A program made the translations under genes and the position numbers. Shown here piece by piece: positions 23,325 through 32,000 of a stretch of 32,000 bases of DNA; the stretch's first letter is position 1; each line of letters starts with the position of its first letter. The notes beneath the pieces are model-generated. The model had not been told where the DNA came from. It saw only the letters and a list, made by a program, of their open reading frames with translations, and made no database searches. Origin of the DNA: Longivirga aurantiaca. GTDB taxonomy: Bacteria > Actinomycetota > Actinomycetes > S36-B12 > CAIYMF01. The DNA is taken from assembly GCF_042660085.1 (NCBI RefSeq), contig NZ_JBHSTI010000008.1, forward strand, positions 1,993,590-2,025,589, given 5' to 3'.

Positions 23325-25117
23325 GGCCGCTCGGCCTCGCCCTTCGCGATCGGGGCGATGTACTCCTCGGCCGCCTCGGTGGCGTACGTGTCCTCGAGCG
23401 CGGCCGCCTCGGCGTTCGCCTCCTCGCGGGTGTGCGCCTCGCCCACGTGCGGGTGCTCGTGGCCCGGGGTGCCGGGCCCGGCGGTGCGGCCCTTCTGCGG
23501 CGGGGTGATCGGCGGCAGCAGGAACCAGACGACCAGGGCCGCGACGAGGACGAGCGCCATCGAGATGAGGCTCGTGACGTGCGCGGCCGAGAGGAACGCG
23601 TCGAACGCGATGGCCTTGCCCTGCGCGACCAGCTCTGCAGGGGCGCCGTTCGCCTCGAGGTCGGTGAGGACGCGCACCGTGCCGCCGACGGAGTTCGTGG
23701 CAGCGTCGACCGCCTCCGGCGGGAGTCCGGCGGGCAGCGTGGCGAGCACCGGCTGCACGTTGGACGCGTACTGCGTCGCCAGCACGGTGCCGATGACCGC
23801 GACGCCGAAGGCGCCGAACACCTGCCGCACCGTGTTCTGCACGGCAGAGCCCGCGCCGGCGCGGGCGAGCGGGAGCGCGTTCTGCATCACGGTCGAGGCG
23901 GGCGCGATCACGTTGCCCATGCCGAAGCCGAAGACGAAGAAGATGACCAGGACGAGCCACAGCGGGGTCGAGAGCGACAGCGACGCGACGCCGAGCAGCG
24001 CGAGCGTGACGGCGACGAGGCCGAAGGTCATGACGCGCTTGTAGCCGAACCGCTCGACCATGGCGGCGCTGCGGGGCGCGGCGATGATCTGGCCCACGGC
24101 GAACGGCAGGAAGCAGAGACCCGCAGACAGGGTCGAGTAGCCGCGGATGGACTGCAGGAAGAACGGCAGCGTGAACGTGATGCCCGAGAGGGCGAAGAAC
24201 GCGAGGCTCACAGCGGTCAGGCTGACGGCGTACCCGCGGTTCTTGAAGAGGGTGACGTCGAAGCTCCGGTGGTCGCTGCGCGCCTCCATCACGATGAACA
24301 GCGCGAGCACCGCGATGCCCAGCACCATCGGGACCCACACCGACGGCGTGAGGAAGGTGAGCGTCACCGAGGCGTGGATGATGCCGTAGACCAGCAGCAC
24401 GAGACCGGTGAACGAGATGAGCAGGCCGGGGATGTCGAGGCGCTGCGGGTGCGGGTTCTTCGTCTCGGGGACCACGAGGATGATCCCGACGAGGCCGACT
24501 ATCACGATCGGCACGTTGATGAGGAAGACCGCGCCCCAGTCGTTGCCGGTCAGGCCGTTGAACCACTCCGGGTGCTCGAGCAGCAGGCCGCCCAGCACCG
24601 GGCCGAGGGCGACGGCAGCACCGACCGCGCCGGCCCAGGCTCCGATGGCCTTGCCGCGCTCGTGGGGCGGGAAGACCACGGTGATGACGGCGAGAGTCAC
24701 CGGGAGGACGGCGGCGCCGCCGATGCCCATGACGCCGCGGAAGAGGATGAGCATCTGCGGCGTCGTCGCGAACGCGCAGATCGCGGAGGCGACGGCGAAG
24801 ATGACGAGGCCGATCATGAGGATGCGCTTGCGGCCGTACTTGTCGCCGAGCACGCCCCACGTGAACAGCAGCGCGGCGAACACGAGGATGTAGGAGTCGA
24901 CCGCCCACACGAGCTCGCTCTGGTCGGCGCCGAGGTCGCGCTGGATCGTCGGCAGGGCGATGTTGAGGATCGTGTTGTCGAGCACGACCACCAGCAGGCT
25001 GGTGACGAGCACCCCGAGGATCGCCCAGCGGCGGGGGTGGCCTGCGCCCGATGTCTGCCAGCCGCTGGTGGGGGCCTCGGCGGCGGCCTCGCGGCGGGCG
25101 GCGCGTGAGTCGGACAT
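23321..25117 (-). CDS. MFS drug:H+ antiporter, DHA2 (EmrB/QacA-like, 14-TMS type), 598 aa
   Basis: ATG 25117 has an AAGGAG RBS. Translation LDNTILNIALPTIQRDLG, GDKYGRKRILMIGL, with many hydrophobic segments. Hydrophilic C-terminal tail. Confidence 0.9.
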   Translation of the reverse strand: MSDSRAARREAAAEAPTSGWQTSGAGHPRRWAILGVLVTSLLVVVLDNTILNIALPTIQRDLGADQSELVWAVDSYILVFAALLFTWGVLGDKYGRKRILMIGLVIFAVASAICAFATTPQMLILFRGVMGIGGAAVLPVTLAVITVVFPPHERGKAIGAWAGAVGAAVALGPVLGGLLLEHPEWFNGLTGNDWGAVFLINVPIVIVGLVGIILVVPETKNPHPQRLDIPGLLISFTGLVLLVYGIIHASVTLTFLTPSVWVPMVLGIAVLALFIVMEARSDHRSFDVTLFKNRGYAVSLTAVSLAFFALSGITFTLPFFLQSIRGYSTLSAGLCFLPFAVGQIIAAPRSAAMVERFGYKRVMTFGLVAVTLALLGVASLSLSTPLWLVLVIFFVFGFGMGNVIAPASTVMQNALPLARAGAGSAVQNTVRQVFGAFGVAVIGTVLATQYASNVQPVLATLPAGLPPEAVDAATNSVGGTVRVLTDLEANGAPAELVAQGKAIAFDAFLSAAHVTSLISMALVLVAALVVWFLLPPITPPQKGRTAGPGTPGHEHPHVGEAHTREEANAEAAALEDTYATEAAEEYIAPIAKGEAERP

Positions 25118-25187
25118 GGGTTCTCCTTGCGGCCGGCGTCCCCCGACGGGCCCTGGTGCGGTGGTCCGACCCCCTCGGCCGGACGGT

Positions 25188-25203
25188 GTGAGGCACGCCT
25201 CAC
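25188..25203. promoter_or_regulatory. 16-bp palindrome upstream of the MFS-TetR operon (candidate TetR operator)
   Basis: GTGAGGC-ac-GCCTCAC (7-bp arms) lies 71-86 nt upstream of ATG 25117, next to the AT-richest stretch of the panB/MFS divergent gap. Confidence 0.35.
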
Positions 25204-25339
25204 CAATAACGAAACGCAACCGTACCGTATCGGACCGGCGGCGCGACGCGATCCGGTAGATGACGCGGGCGCACCCACGTGCCACCATGGCTCCTGAACG
25301 GGTACCCCAGCACGGGGACTCGAGTCGTTGGAGGTCCTC

Positions 25340-26191
25340 ATGACCAGCACGTCCTCGCACGTCCCGGAGCCCCTGTACGGCGGTTCTCCGAGCGGACGTC
25401 GCATCTCCGTCCACGACCTCGCGAGCGCCAAGGCGCGCGGCGAGAAGTGGCCCATGATCACGGCGTACGACGCCCTCACCGCGCGCGTCTTCGACGAGGC
25501 GGGCATCCCCGTGCTCCTCGTCGGCGACTCCGCCGCGATGGTCGTCTACGGCTACGACTCGACCGTGCCGGTCACGGTCGAGGAGCTCATCCCCCTCGTG
25601 CGCGGCGTGGTCCGCGGCTCCGAGCGGGCGATGGTCGTCGCCGACCTCCCCTTCGGGTCGTACCAGGCCTCCCCCGCGCAGGCGCTCGAGACCGCGAGCC
25701 GCTTCATGAAGGAGACCGGCTGCCACGCGGTGAAGCTAGAGGGCGGCCACCGCGTGCTACCCCAGGTCGAGCTGCTCGTGGCCTCGGGCATCCCAGTGAT
25801 GGGCCACCTCGGCCTCACGCCGCAGTCCGTCCACGCGTTCGGCGGCTACAAGGTGCAGGGCCGCGGCGAGGACGGCGTCACCCTCCTGCAGGACGCCAAG
25901 GCGCTGCAGGCAGCCGGCGCGTTCGCCGTCGTGCTGGAGGTCGTGCCGGCTGACCTCGCCGCGCAGGTCTCGCAGGTGCTGCACATCCCCACCGTCGGGA
26001 TCGGCGCCGGCCCGGGCACCGACGCGCAGGTCATCGTGTGGCAGGACATGGCTGGCCTCACGCCGGGCCGCACCGCGAAGTTCGTGAAGAAGTACGCCGA
26101 CGTGCACGGCGTGCTGCTCGAGGCGGCGCAGGCCTGGGCGGGCGACGTCGTCTCCGGCGCCTACCCCGCCGAGGAGCACACGTACACCTGA
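25340..26191 (+). CDS. panB: 3-methyl-2-oxobutanoate hydroxymethyltransferase, 283 aa
   Basis: ATG 25340 has a GGAGG RBS 5 nt upstream. Translation [47 protein letters not shown]. Confidence 0.95.
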   Translation: MTSTSSHVPEPLYGGSPSGRRISVHDLASAKARGEKWPMITAYDALTARVFDEAGIPVLLVGDSAAMVVYGYDSTVPVTVEELIPLVRGVVRGSERAMVVADLPFGSYQASPAQALETASRFMKETGCHAVKLEGGHRVLPQVELLVASGIPVMGHLGLTPQSVHAFGGYKVQGRGEDGVTLLQDAKALQAAGAFAVVLEVVPADLAAQVSQVLHIPTVGIGAGPGTDAQVIVWQDMAGLTPGRTAKFVKKYADVHGVLLEAAQAWAGDVVSGAYPAEEHTYT

Positions 26192-26301
26192 TCGGTGGGC
26201 CGGGCGCAGTCGGCGAGCCTGACTGACACAAGCTCCGAAACGGTGCATCCTCCGTGACCGAGGGGGCGTCATCCGACGTCCGACGCGAGAGGAACCGTCC
26301 C

Positions 26302-26673
26302 ATGGGCCCGACGCAGGCCGTCAGCTCGGTCTTCAGCAAGTTCGCCACCTTCAGCGGCCGCGCACGCCGCTCGGAGTACTGGTGGTTCGTCGCGTTCTCG
26401 ATCGTCGTGCTGGCCATCGCGCTCGTCATCGACAACGTCGCAGGGCTCAAGCTCGAGGGCCAGCAGATCGGCTGGGTCTACACGGCCGTGGCGCTGCTCC
26501 TGGTCATCCCGAGCATCGCGGTGACCGTCCGCCGTCTGCACGACACCGGTCGCAGCGGCTGGTGGTGGTTCCTCTCGCTGGTCTGCGGCATCGGCGCCAT
26601 CATCCTGTTCGTGTTCTGCCTCATGGAGGGCACGCGCGGCGAGAACGAGTACGGCCCCGACCCCAAGGCCTGA
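26302..26673 (+). CDS. DUF805-family inner-membrane protein, 123 aa
   Basis: ATG 26302 has a GAGAGGA RBS. Translation GRARRSEYWWF...VRRLHDTGRSGWWWF...ENEYGPDP is the DUF805 signature. Confidence 0.85.
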   Translation: MGPTQAVSSVFSKFATFSGRARRSEYWWFVAFSIVVLAIALVIDNVAGLKLEGQQIGWVYTAVALLLVIPSIAVTVRRLHDTGRSGWWWFLSLVCGIGAIILFVFCLMEGTRGENEYGPDPKA

Positions 26674-26687
26674 CACCACCGCGCCAC

Positions 26688-26721
26688 CACGACGCCCCGG
26701 CCACGCGGCCGGGGCGTCGTG
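26688..26721 (+). terminator. Intrinsic-terminator-like hairpin after the DUF805 gene
   Basis: Perfect 15-bp stem cacgacgccccggcc / ggccggggcgtcgtg with an acgc tetraloop, 15 nt after the stop codon. No U-tract. Confidence 0.65.
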
Positions 26722-26773
26722 CTGTCCGGGGCGGCCTGCGGTCCGGGACGCGAACCGGCCGCTCGGGTGGTCG

Positions 26774-27511
26774 TTGCACGACGACGGCGCGCACGTGCGG
26801 CACGATGCACCTGTGGACGTCTCGAGGGTGAACCTGCTGCGCGACGTGCTATCGAGCACCGGCTGGGTCGACCGCACGCGCGGGTTCGCGCGCAGCCTGC
26901 GCCGGTCCACCGATCACGGCGACGGCCTGCTGCTCGTCGGCACGCCCACGCACGAGCCGTGGCACCTGGCCGCGCACCTCGACGACGAGTCGCGGTACGC
27001 CGGGATCCCCACCCTGTCCCCGACGCTGGTCCGCTGGTCACCGCCCCCAGGCGCGCCGCAGCACCTCAGCGTCGGGCTCGACCGCATCGTGGCCGCCCGC
27101 CGCGGCGAGACGCTCTTCGTCGTCGCACCCGACGACCCCACCGAGCAGCTGCTCGAACGGCTCGCCGACGCCCGCCGCACCGGCGCCACCCTGCTCACCA
27201 TCGACGGTGGTGACGGCGACCTCGCGGGCCTCGCCCACGACCAGCTCATCGTGCCGTCGCGTGGCCTCACCGCGGCCGGCGAGCCGTCCGGTCTCGCCGT
27301 CGCGCTCGAGGGCTTCGGCCTCGGCGACGTCGACCTGTCCCTGCCCGAGGTCTCGTTCGACACCGTGCAGCACCTCGTCTCGGCCGCCGTGGGCGAGGAC
27401 GAGATCCTCCGGACCGCGCCCAGCGGAGGGTCGGGACGCCGGGGCCTGCGCGACCGGCTCGCCGGCGCGCTCGACGCGATCCAGGGATCGCCCGCGACCC
27501 GCGACTGGTGA
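26774..27511 (+). CDS. Hypothetical protein (start uncertain: TTG 26774, GTG 26795/26813/26828)
   Basis: Very strong GC3 bias throughout and no competing recognisable gene. I do not recognise a family. The central block ETLFVVAPDDPTEQLLERLADARRTGATLLTID is only vaguely SIS-like. Confidence 0.6.
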   Translation: MHDDGAHVRHDAPVDVSRVNLLRDVLSSTGWVDRTRGFARSLRRSTDHGDGLLLVGTPTHEPWHLAAHLDDESRYAGIPTLSPTLVRWSPPPGAPQHLSVGLDRIVAARRGETLFVVAPDDPTEQLLERLADARRTGATLLTIDGGDGDLAGLAHDQLIVPSRGLTAAGEPSGLAVALEGFGLGDVDLSLPEVSFDTVQHLVSAAVGEDEILRTAPSGGSGRRGLRDRLAGALDAIQGSPATRDW

Positions 27512-27564
27512 GCGCGCGAAACACCCGCGCGCTCGACGTCGACCGTGCTCCAGACTGACCGCCC

Positions 27565-28875
27565 GTGAGCTCCGAGGACGCTGCCGCCGAGCCTGCCCCG
27601 CGGCGATGGCGCATCGACGTCTCGCCCCTGCGCACGTCGAGCGACTTCCGCGCGCTGTTCACCGCAGGGGTCGTGTCGTACCTCGGCTCGATGTTCACGT
27701 TCGTCGCGATCCCGCTGCAGGCGCAGCAGCTCACCGGCTCGTTCGTGGTCGTCGGTCTGCTCGGCCTGGCCGAGGTGATCCCGATCCTCGTGTTCGGGCT
27801 GTGGGGCGGTGCGCTCGCCGACCACGTCGACCGCCGCCGCATGATCCTCGTGACCGAGGTGTGCCTCGGCATCGGATCGCTCATCCTGCTGGCCAACGCG
27901 CTGCTGCCCGACCCGCACGTGTGGGTCCTGTTCGTCGTCGGCGCACTGTTCGCCGCGTGCGACTCGCTGCAACGGCCGTCGGTGGACGCGCTCGTCCCGC
28001 AGTCGGTCCCGCACCACCAGCTCGGCGGCGCAGCCGCGCTCATGTCGCTGCGGTGGAGCGTCGGCTTCATCCTCGGCACGTCGCTCGGCGGTCTCGTCGC
28101 GTCGTACCTCGGCGTCGCGGTCGCCTACGGCATCGACGCCGTCTCGTACGTGCTGTCGTTCCTCATCTTCCTGTCGCTGAAGAGCCGCGGCCGGATGAAG
28201 GACGAGGGCACGCCCGGCATCGGTGCCATCGCCGAAGGCGTTCGTTACGCGTGGGGGCGCAAGGACCTGCTGGGCACCTACGCCGTCGACACGCTCGCGA
28301 TGGTGCTCGCGTTCCCGTGGGCCGTGTTCCCGTTCGTGGCCGAGAAGTTCGATGCGCCCTGGGCGCTCGGGCTCCTCTACGCGGCATCGTCGGTCGGCGC
28401 AGCGGCGGCATCGCTCACGAGCGGATGGACCTCGCACATCCACCGCCACGGCAAGGCGATCGTGATCGCTGCATCGCTCTACGGGCTGGCGATCGCGGCG
28501 TTCGGCCTCGCGCCCACCCTCTGGCTCGCACTCGTCTTCCTCGCACTCGCCGGCGCTGCCGACATGGTGAGCGGCGTCTTCCGATCCCTGGTGTGGAACC
28601 AGTCGATCCCCGACGATCTGCGGGGACGTCTCGCCGGTATCGAGTTCCTCTCGTATGCGATCGGCCCACAGCTCGGAAGCGCACGCGTGAGTCTGATGGC
28701 GCAGTGGCGCGGTCTCGGCTTCTCGATCGCGTCAGGTGGAATCCTTTGCGCTGCAGGCGTTCTCGCGCTCGCCGCAGCGCTGCCGACCATGTGGCGCTAT
28801 GACGTTCGCACGTCCGTCGACGTTGCCGCGGTGCGCGCGGCGCGTGAGCTGCGCGCACCCGACGACGACGACTGA
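27565..28875 (+). CDS. MFS transporter (MFS_3 / EntS-like), 436 aa
   Basis: GTG start. Translation [42 protein letters not shown], with about 12 hydrophobic segments. It is a paralogue type of the 14472-15749 transporter. Confidence 0.85.
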   Translation: MSSEDAAAEPAPRRWRIDVSPLRTSSDFRALFTAGVVSYLGSMFTFVAIPLQAQQLTGSFVVVGLLGLAEVIPILVFGLWGGALADHVDRRRMILVTEVCLGIGSLILLANALLPDPHVWVLFVVGALFAACDSLQRPSVDALVPQSVPHHQLGGAAALMSLRWSVGFILGTSLGGLVASYLGVAVAYGIDAVSYVLSFLIFLSLKSRGRMKDEGTPGIGAIAEGVRYAWGRKDLLGTYAVDTLAMVLAFPWAVFPFVAEKFDAPWALGLLYAASSVGAAAASLTSGWTSHIHRHGKAIVIAASLYGLAIAAFGLAPTLWLALVFLALAGAADMVSGVFRSLVWNQSIPDDLRGRLAGIEFLSYAIGPQLGSARVSLMAQWRGLGFSIASGGILCAAGVLALAAALPTMWRYDVRTSVDVAAVRAARELRAPDDDD

Positions 28876-29044
28876 ACGGTGCGAAGCATTCTCAGACATC
28901 GCGTCGAACGCCGCACGTCGATACCATGCGCGCGACACGAAGTGTCGGTACGACGCGAAGATGCCAGGAGTTTCTGGCTCGCTCTGTCACAGTTCAATCG
29001 AAGGCTTTCGGCACCAAGGCCGAGAGACGACTCAGGGAGGCATC

Positions 29045-29437
29045 GTGGCGGCTGCTAAGACCACCGCGAAGAAGGCCGTGGCCAAGAAGGCTCCGGCGAA
29101 GAAGGCCGTGGCCAAGAGGGCCCCCGCCAAGAAGGCTGTCGCCAAGAAGGCTCCGGCGAAGAAGGCTGTTGCCAAGAAGGCTCCGGCCAAGCGCGCCGTC
29201 GCCAAGAAGGCTCCGGCCAAGAAGGCTGTTGCCAAGAAGGCTCCGGCGAAGAAGGCTGTTGCCAAGAAGGCTCCGGCGAAGAAGGCTGTTGCCAAGAAGG
29301 CTCCGGCCAAGCGCGCCGTCGCCAAGAAGGCCCCGGCCAAGAAGGCTCCGGCGAAGAAGGCTGTTGCCAAGAAGGCTCCGGCCAAGCGCGCCGTCGCCAA
29401 GAAGGCTCCGGCCAAGCGCGCGGCGAAGAAGGCCTGA
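29045..29437 (+). CDS. Histone H1-like Lys/Ala repeat protein (no HU or other globular domain), 130 aa
   Basis: GTG 29045 has an AGGGAGG RBS 4 nt upstream. Translation VAAAKTT, then about 11.5 copies of the decapeptide [10 protein letters not shown] (K/R variants), ending AKRAAKKA. Confidence 0.85.
   Translation: MAAAKTTAKKAVAKKAPAKKAVAKRAPAKKAVAKKAPAKKAVAKKAPAKRAVAKKAPAKKAVAKKAPAKKAVAKKAPAKKAVAKKAPAKRAVAKKAPAKKAPAKKAVAKKAPAKRAVAKKAPAKRAAKKA
29060..29434 (+). repeat. Coding tandem repeat, 30-bp unit (about 12 copies) with a higher-order 120-bp duplication
   Basis: The unit gccaagaaggctccggcgaagaaggctgtt recurs, with exact copies at 29231-29260 and 29261-29290. The 60-mer 29161-29220 is repeated at 29281-29340 with one substitution. 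Confidence 0.9.
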
Positions 29438-29450
29438 CCTTCAGACCGTC

Positions 29451-29488
29451 ACGAAGCCCCCGGCGCCTCGCGGTGCCGGGGGCTTCGT
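29451..29488. terminator. Strong bidirectional terminator hairpin between convergent genes
   Basis: Perfect 14-bp stem acgaagcccccggc / gccgggggcttcgt, extendable by 3 more pairs around a tcgc loop. It lies 14 nt after the histone-like stop and 21 nt from the convergent small-gene stop. Confidence 0.75.
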
Positions 29489-29508
29489 CGTGCAACGGGC
29501 GCGCCGGA

Positions 29509-29676
29509 TCAGTCGTCGTCCTCCGCGTCGATGGCCTCGTTGCGCTTGCGCATGCGCTCGAGGACGCCGGCCGCCTCTGCCTCCGTGCCGTAGGGCCCGA
29601 GCCGCTCGGAGTTGGGGTCGCCCTCCCCCTGCTCCACCGTCTGCGTGCGCAGGTTGAACCACCAGTCGCCGGTCAT
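29509..29676 (-). CDS. Small acidic hypothetical protein, 55 aa
   Basis: ATG 29676 has a GAGGAGG RBS. Translation [55 protein letters not shown], with good GC3. Divergent from map. Confidence 0.6.
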   Translation of the reverse strand: MTGDWWFNLRTQTVEQGEGDPNSERLGPYGTEAEAAGVLERMRKRNEAIDAEDDD

Positions 29677-29730
29677 CGGTCCTCCTCGTCGTCGCGTCGG
29701 ACGTCGTCTGCCGCATCCGCGCGGTCCACC

Positions 29731-29736
29731 TAGAAT
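29731..29736 (+). promoter_or_regulatory. Candidate -10 element (TAGAAT) positioned for a leaderless or near-leaderless map transcript
   Basis: TAGAAT is followed by 7 nt and then ATG 29744. No Shine-Dalgarno sequence is present. Confidence 0.4.
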
Positions 29737-29743
29737 CTCCACC

Positions 29744-30607
29744 ATGCCACTCCAGCCCGGCGTCATCAGCCCGATGCGTCCCGTGCCGCAGCACATCCCG
29801 CGCCCCGAGTACGTCGGCCAGCCGCGGGCCAAGCGCTGGACGGGCTCCGAGGTCAAGGACTCCGACACCATCGAGCGGATGCGCATCGCAGGCCGGCTCG
29901 GCGCACAGGCGCTGCAGGAGGTCGGTCGCGCGATCCGTCCGGGCATCACCACGGACGAGCTCGACCGCATCGGCCACGAGTTCCTCTGCGACCACGATGC
30001 CTACCCGTCGACCCTCGGCTATCCGGGCGGCGGGCGCGGCCCGGCGTTCACCAAGAGCCTCTGCAGCTCGCTGAACGAGGTGATCTGCCACGGCATCCCC
30101 GACTCCACCGAGCTGCGCGACGGCGACATCTGCAACATCGACATCACGGCCTTCATCCACGGGGTGCACGGCGACACCAACGCGACGTTCCTCGTCGGCG
30201 AGGTCGACGAGGAGTCGCGGCTGCTCGTCGAGCGGACGTACGAGGCGACGATGCGCGGCATCAAGGCGGTCGCCCCCGGCCGTCAGCTCTCGGTGGTCGG
30301 ACGCGTCATCGAGTCGTACGCGCGCCGCTTCGGCTACGGCGTCGTCCGCGACTTCACCGGCCACGGCATCGGCGAGGCCTTCCACTCGGGGCTCGTCGTG
30401 CCGCACTTCGACGACCCCGGTGCCACCACGTTCCTCGAGCCCGGCATGACCTTCACCATCGAGCCGATGATCAACCTCGGCACCTACGCGTGGGACATGT
30501 GGGACGACGGCTGGACGGTCGTGACGGCCGACCGCCGGCGCTCGGCGCAGTTCGAGCACACGGTGCTGGTGACCGACGACGGCGTCGAGATCCTCACGCT
30601 CCCCTAG
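29744..30607 (+). CDS. map: Type I methionyl aminopeptidase with N-terminal extension, 287 aa
   Basis: Metal-ligand motifs are present: [37 protein letters not shown]. The N-terminal Pro-rich extension [23 protein letters not shown] is as in actinobacterial type Ic enzymes. Confidence 0.95.
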   Translation: MPLQPGVISPMRPVPQHIPRPEYVGQPRAKRWTGSEVKDSDTIERMRIAGRLGAQALQEVGRAIRPGITTDELDRIGHEFLCDHDAYPSTLGYPGGGRGPAFTKSLCSSLNEVICHGIPDSTELRDGDICNIDITAFIHGVHGDTNATFLVGEVDEESRLLVERTYEATMRGIKAVAPGRQLSVVGRVIESYARRFGYGVVRDFTGHGIGEAFHSGLVVPHFDDPGATTFLEPGMTFTIEPMINLGTYAWDMWDDGWTVVTADRRRSAQFEHTVLVTDDGVEILTLP

Positions 30608-30659
30608 TCACCCGGGCGGGGTGCGCCACGAGGCCGACGGGGTCGATAGCCTTCCTGCC

Positions 30660-31433
30660 ATGACGAGCACCGCACCCGCGCAGGAGTGGCCGGCCGACGT
30701 CCGCACGCTGGCCATCGACGTCGGCGGCTCCGGGTTCAAGGCGGCGATCCTCGACCCGGCCGGCGCGATGCTCACCGAACGGGTGCGCGTCGAGACGCCG
30801 TACCCCTGCCCGCCGGAGCGGCTGATGTCGAGCGTCGTCGACCTCACGCAGGACCTCGGTCACCGCGACCGGGTGTCGGTCGGCTTCCCCGGCCTGGTGC
30901 GCAACGGCAAGGTGCGCAACATCCCGTCGCTGTCGCGCACGGCGTACGACGGCGACACCGACCCGGCGCTCGAGGACGCGTGGCGCGGGTTCGACCTCGC
31001 CGGCGCCCTGACCGAGGCCTTCGGCGTGCCGACCAAGGTCGCGAACGACGCGGATGTGCAGGGCTGCGCAGTCGTCAGCGGCGAGGGCTTCGAGTTCGTC
31101 ATGACCCTCGGCACCGGAGTCGGCACGGCTCTGTTCCTCGACGGCCGCCTGCTCCCCCACATCGAGGGCGGGCACGCGCCGTTCCGCAAGGGGGACACGT
31201 TCGAGGAGCAGCTCGGCAACGTGGCCCGCAAGCAGATCGGAAACGAGCGCTGGGCCCGGCGCGTGGTCGAGGCGATCACGGCGTACGACCGCTTCCTGTT
31301 CTTCGACACCATCCACGTCGGCGGCGGCAACGCCAAGCACCTCGACCCGGCCGACCTGCCGCACAAGGCCCGCATCGTGGCGAACACCGCAGGGATCATC
31401 GGCGGCGTGCGGCTCTGGGATCTCGACGCCTGA
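30660..31433 (+). CDS. ppgK: ROK-family kinase, polyphosphate glucokinase-like, 257 aa
   Basis: Translation LAIDVGGSGFKAAILD, GFPGLVRNGKV, ANDADVQG, TLGTGVGTALF and GGGNAKH parallel mycobacterial PpgK. ATG 30660 is preferred over GTG 30621. The symbol is assigned by resemblance only. Confidence 0.8.
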   Translation: MTSTAPAQEWPADVRTLAIDVGGSGFKAAILDPAGAMLTERVRVETPYPCPPERLMSSVVDLTQDLGHRDRVSVGFPGLVRNGKVRNIPSLSRTAYDGDTDPALEDAWRGFDLAGALTEAFGVPTKVANDADVQGCAVVSGEGFEFVMTLGTGVGTALFLDGRLLPHIEGGHAPFRKGDTFEEQLGNVARKQIGNERWARRVVEAITAYDRFLFFDTIHVGGGNAKHLDPADLPHKARIVANTAGIIGGVRLWDLDA

Positions 31434-31464
31434 TCCGGAGTGACCCAGGCAACATGATCCGGCT

Positions 31465-31477
31465 TTCAATCATTGAA
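31465..31477. promoter_or_regulatory. AT-rich perfect palindrome TTCAAT-C-ATTGAA upstream of marR (candidate MarR operator)
   Basis: The 6-1-6 palindrome lies 22-34 nt upstream of ATG 31499. It is nested inside an 8-bp inverted repeat, acccaggc (31443-31450) / gcctgggt (31489-31496). Confidence 0.4.
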
Positions 31478-31486
31478 CGTCAGCCG

Positions 31487-31492
31487 TAGCCT
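31487..31492 (+). promoter_or_regulatory. Candidate -10 element (TAGCCT) positioned for a leaderless marR transcript
   Basis: TAGCCT fits TANNNT and is followed by exactly 6 nt and then ATG 31499. No Shine-Dalgarno sequence is present. Confidence 0.35.
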
Positions 31493-31498
31493 GGGTGC

Positions 31499-31978
31499 AT
31501 GACCACCCGTTGGCTCGACTCCGGGCAGCAGAAGCACTGGCGCGCGTACATCGCGGCCACGACGCTGCTGTCCGATCGGCTCTCGCGCGAGCTGCAGACC
31601 TCGCACGGGATGTCGATGGCTGACTACGAGATCCTCGTCCGCCTCTCCGAGGCCCCCGAGCGCCGCCTGCGCATGAGCGAGCTCGCCGACCACACGCTCG
31701 CGAGCCGCAGCCGGCTGTCCCACCAGGTCGACCGGCTCGAGAAGGCCGGCTGGGTGCGGCGCGAGGCCTGCGAGACCGACCGCCGCGGCGCCAACGCCGT
31801 CCTCACCGATGTCGGGTGGGACGTGCTCGTCGCCGCCGCCCCGACGCACGTCGAGGGCGTCCGCGAGCACCTCGTCGACCTGCTGACCGAGGAGCAGTTC
31901 GCCGCACTCGGAACCGCGCTCGCGATCGTCGCCGAGCACCTGCAGTCGTCCGACTGCGAGGCGCAGCGCACCGCGTAG
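31499..31978 (+). CDS. MarR-family transcriptional regulator, 159 aa
   Basis: Winged-helix block MSMADYEILVRLSEAPERRLRMSELADHTLASRSRLSHQVDRLEKAGWVRREACETDRRG. Confidence 0.9.
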   Translation: MTTRWLDSGQQKHWRAYIAATTLLSDRLSRELQTSHGMSMADYEILVRLSEAPERRLRMSELADHTLASRSRLSHQVDRLEKAGWVRREACETDRRGANAVLTDVGWDVLVAAAPTHVEGVREHLVDLLTEEQFAALGTALAIVAEHLQSSDCEAQRTA

Positions 31979-32000
31979 GCGCGCCCCCGCACCGACCGAC

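Noticed and set aside
29060-29434. A regular 30-bp repeat array that could be mistaken for a CRISPR or minisatellite locus.
   Set aside because: There are no unique spacers. The repeats are contiguous, in frame and encode the Lys/Ala decapeptide of a protein with its own RBS and terminator.
1-32000. Search by eye for tRNA, rRNA, riboswitch-like leaders, integrases, transposase ends or toxin-antitoxin pairs.
   Set aside because: I found nothing recognisable. The lower-GC gaps (8.13-8.30 kb, 8.55-8.71 kb, 25.2 kb, 28.88-29.04 kb, 31.44-31.50 kb) look like promoter or leader regions. A covariance-model scan (Infernal/Rfam, tRNAscan) would be needed to exclude small RNAs.

Overview
High-GC (roughly 70-73% by eye) actinobacterial chromosomal segment whose gene order (glnA2-glnE, nadE, panB, map, ppgK) looks like core chromosome. 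I call 31 protein-coding genes. I found no rRNA, tRNA, CRISPR array, transposon or prophage. Left third: an NHEJ pair (stand-alone LigD polymerase domain divergent from ku), a hemerythrin, an RqlH-type RecQ helicase translationally coupled to an FGase-family gene, and a SigF-type partner-switching module. That module is an RsbW-like kinase plus STAS antagonist, convergent on a UsfX/RsbW-like anti-sigma plus a SigB/F/G-family sigma; a PP2C phosphatase fragment sits at the window edge. Middle: a probable accessory patch (small membrane protein, DUF222/HNH protein, C-C-hydrolase-type alpha/beta hydrolase, TupA-like ATP-grasp, GNAT, AlkZ/YcaQ-family glycosylase). Right: glnA2-GATase-glnE-MFS, nadE, MFS-TetR, panB, DUF805, a hypothetical, MFS, a histone-H1-like [10 protein letters not shown] tandem-repeat protein, a tiny acidic protein, map, a ppgK-like ROK kinase and marR. 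The best signal I found myself is two exact GTTT-N15-GGGTA (SigF/SigB-type) promoter motifs, correctly placed upstream of the hemerythrin gene and of the rsbW-like/STAS operon. Weaker GGTTTG-N16-GGGCA versions sit upstream of ku and of the anti-sigma/sigma operon. Together they suggest a compact, locally encoded alternative-sigma regulon linking oxidative-stress and NHEJ genes to the sigma module. I do not see a convincing novel defence or mobile system. The many very long antisense ORFs in the track are GC artefacts. All functional calls rest on motif recognition from the translations, with no database search.
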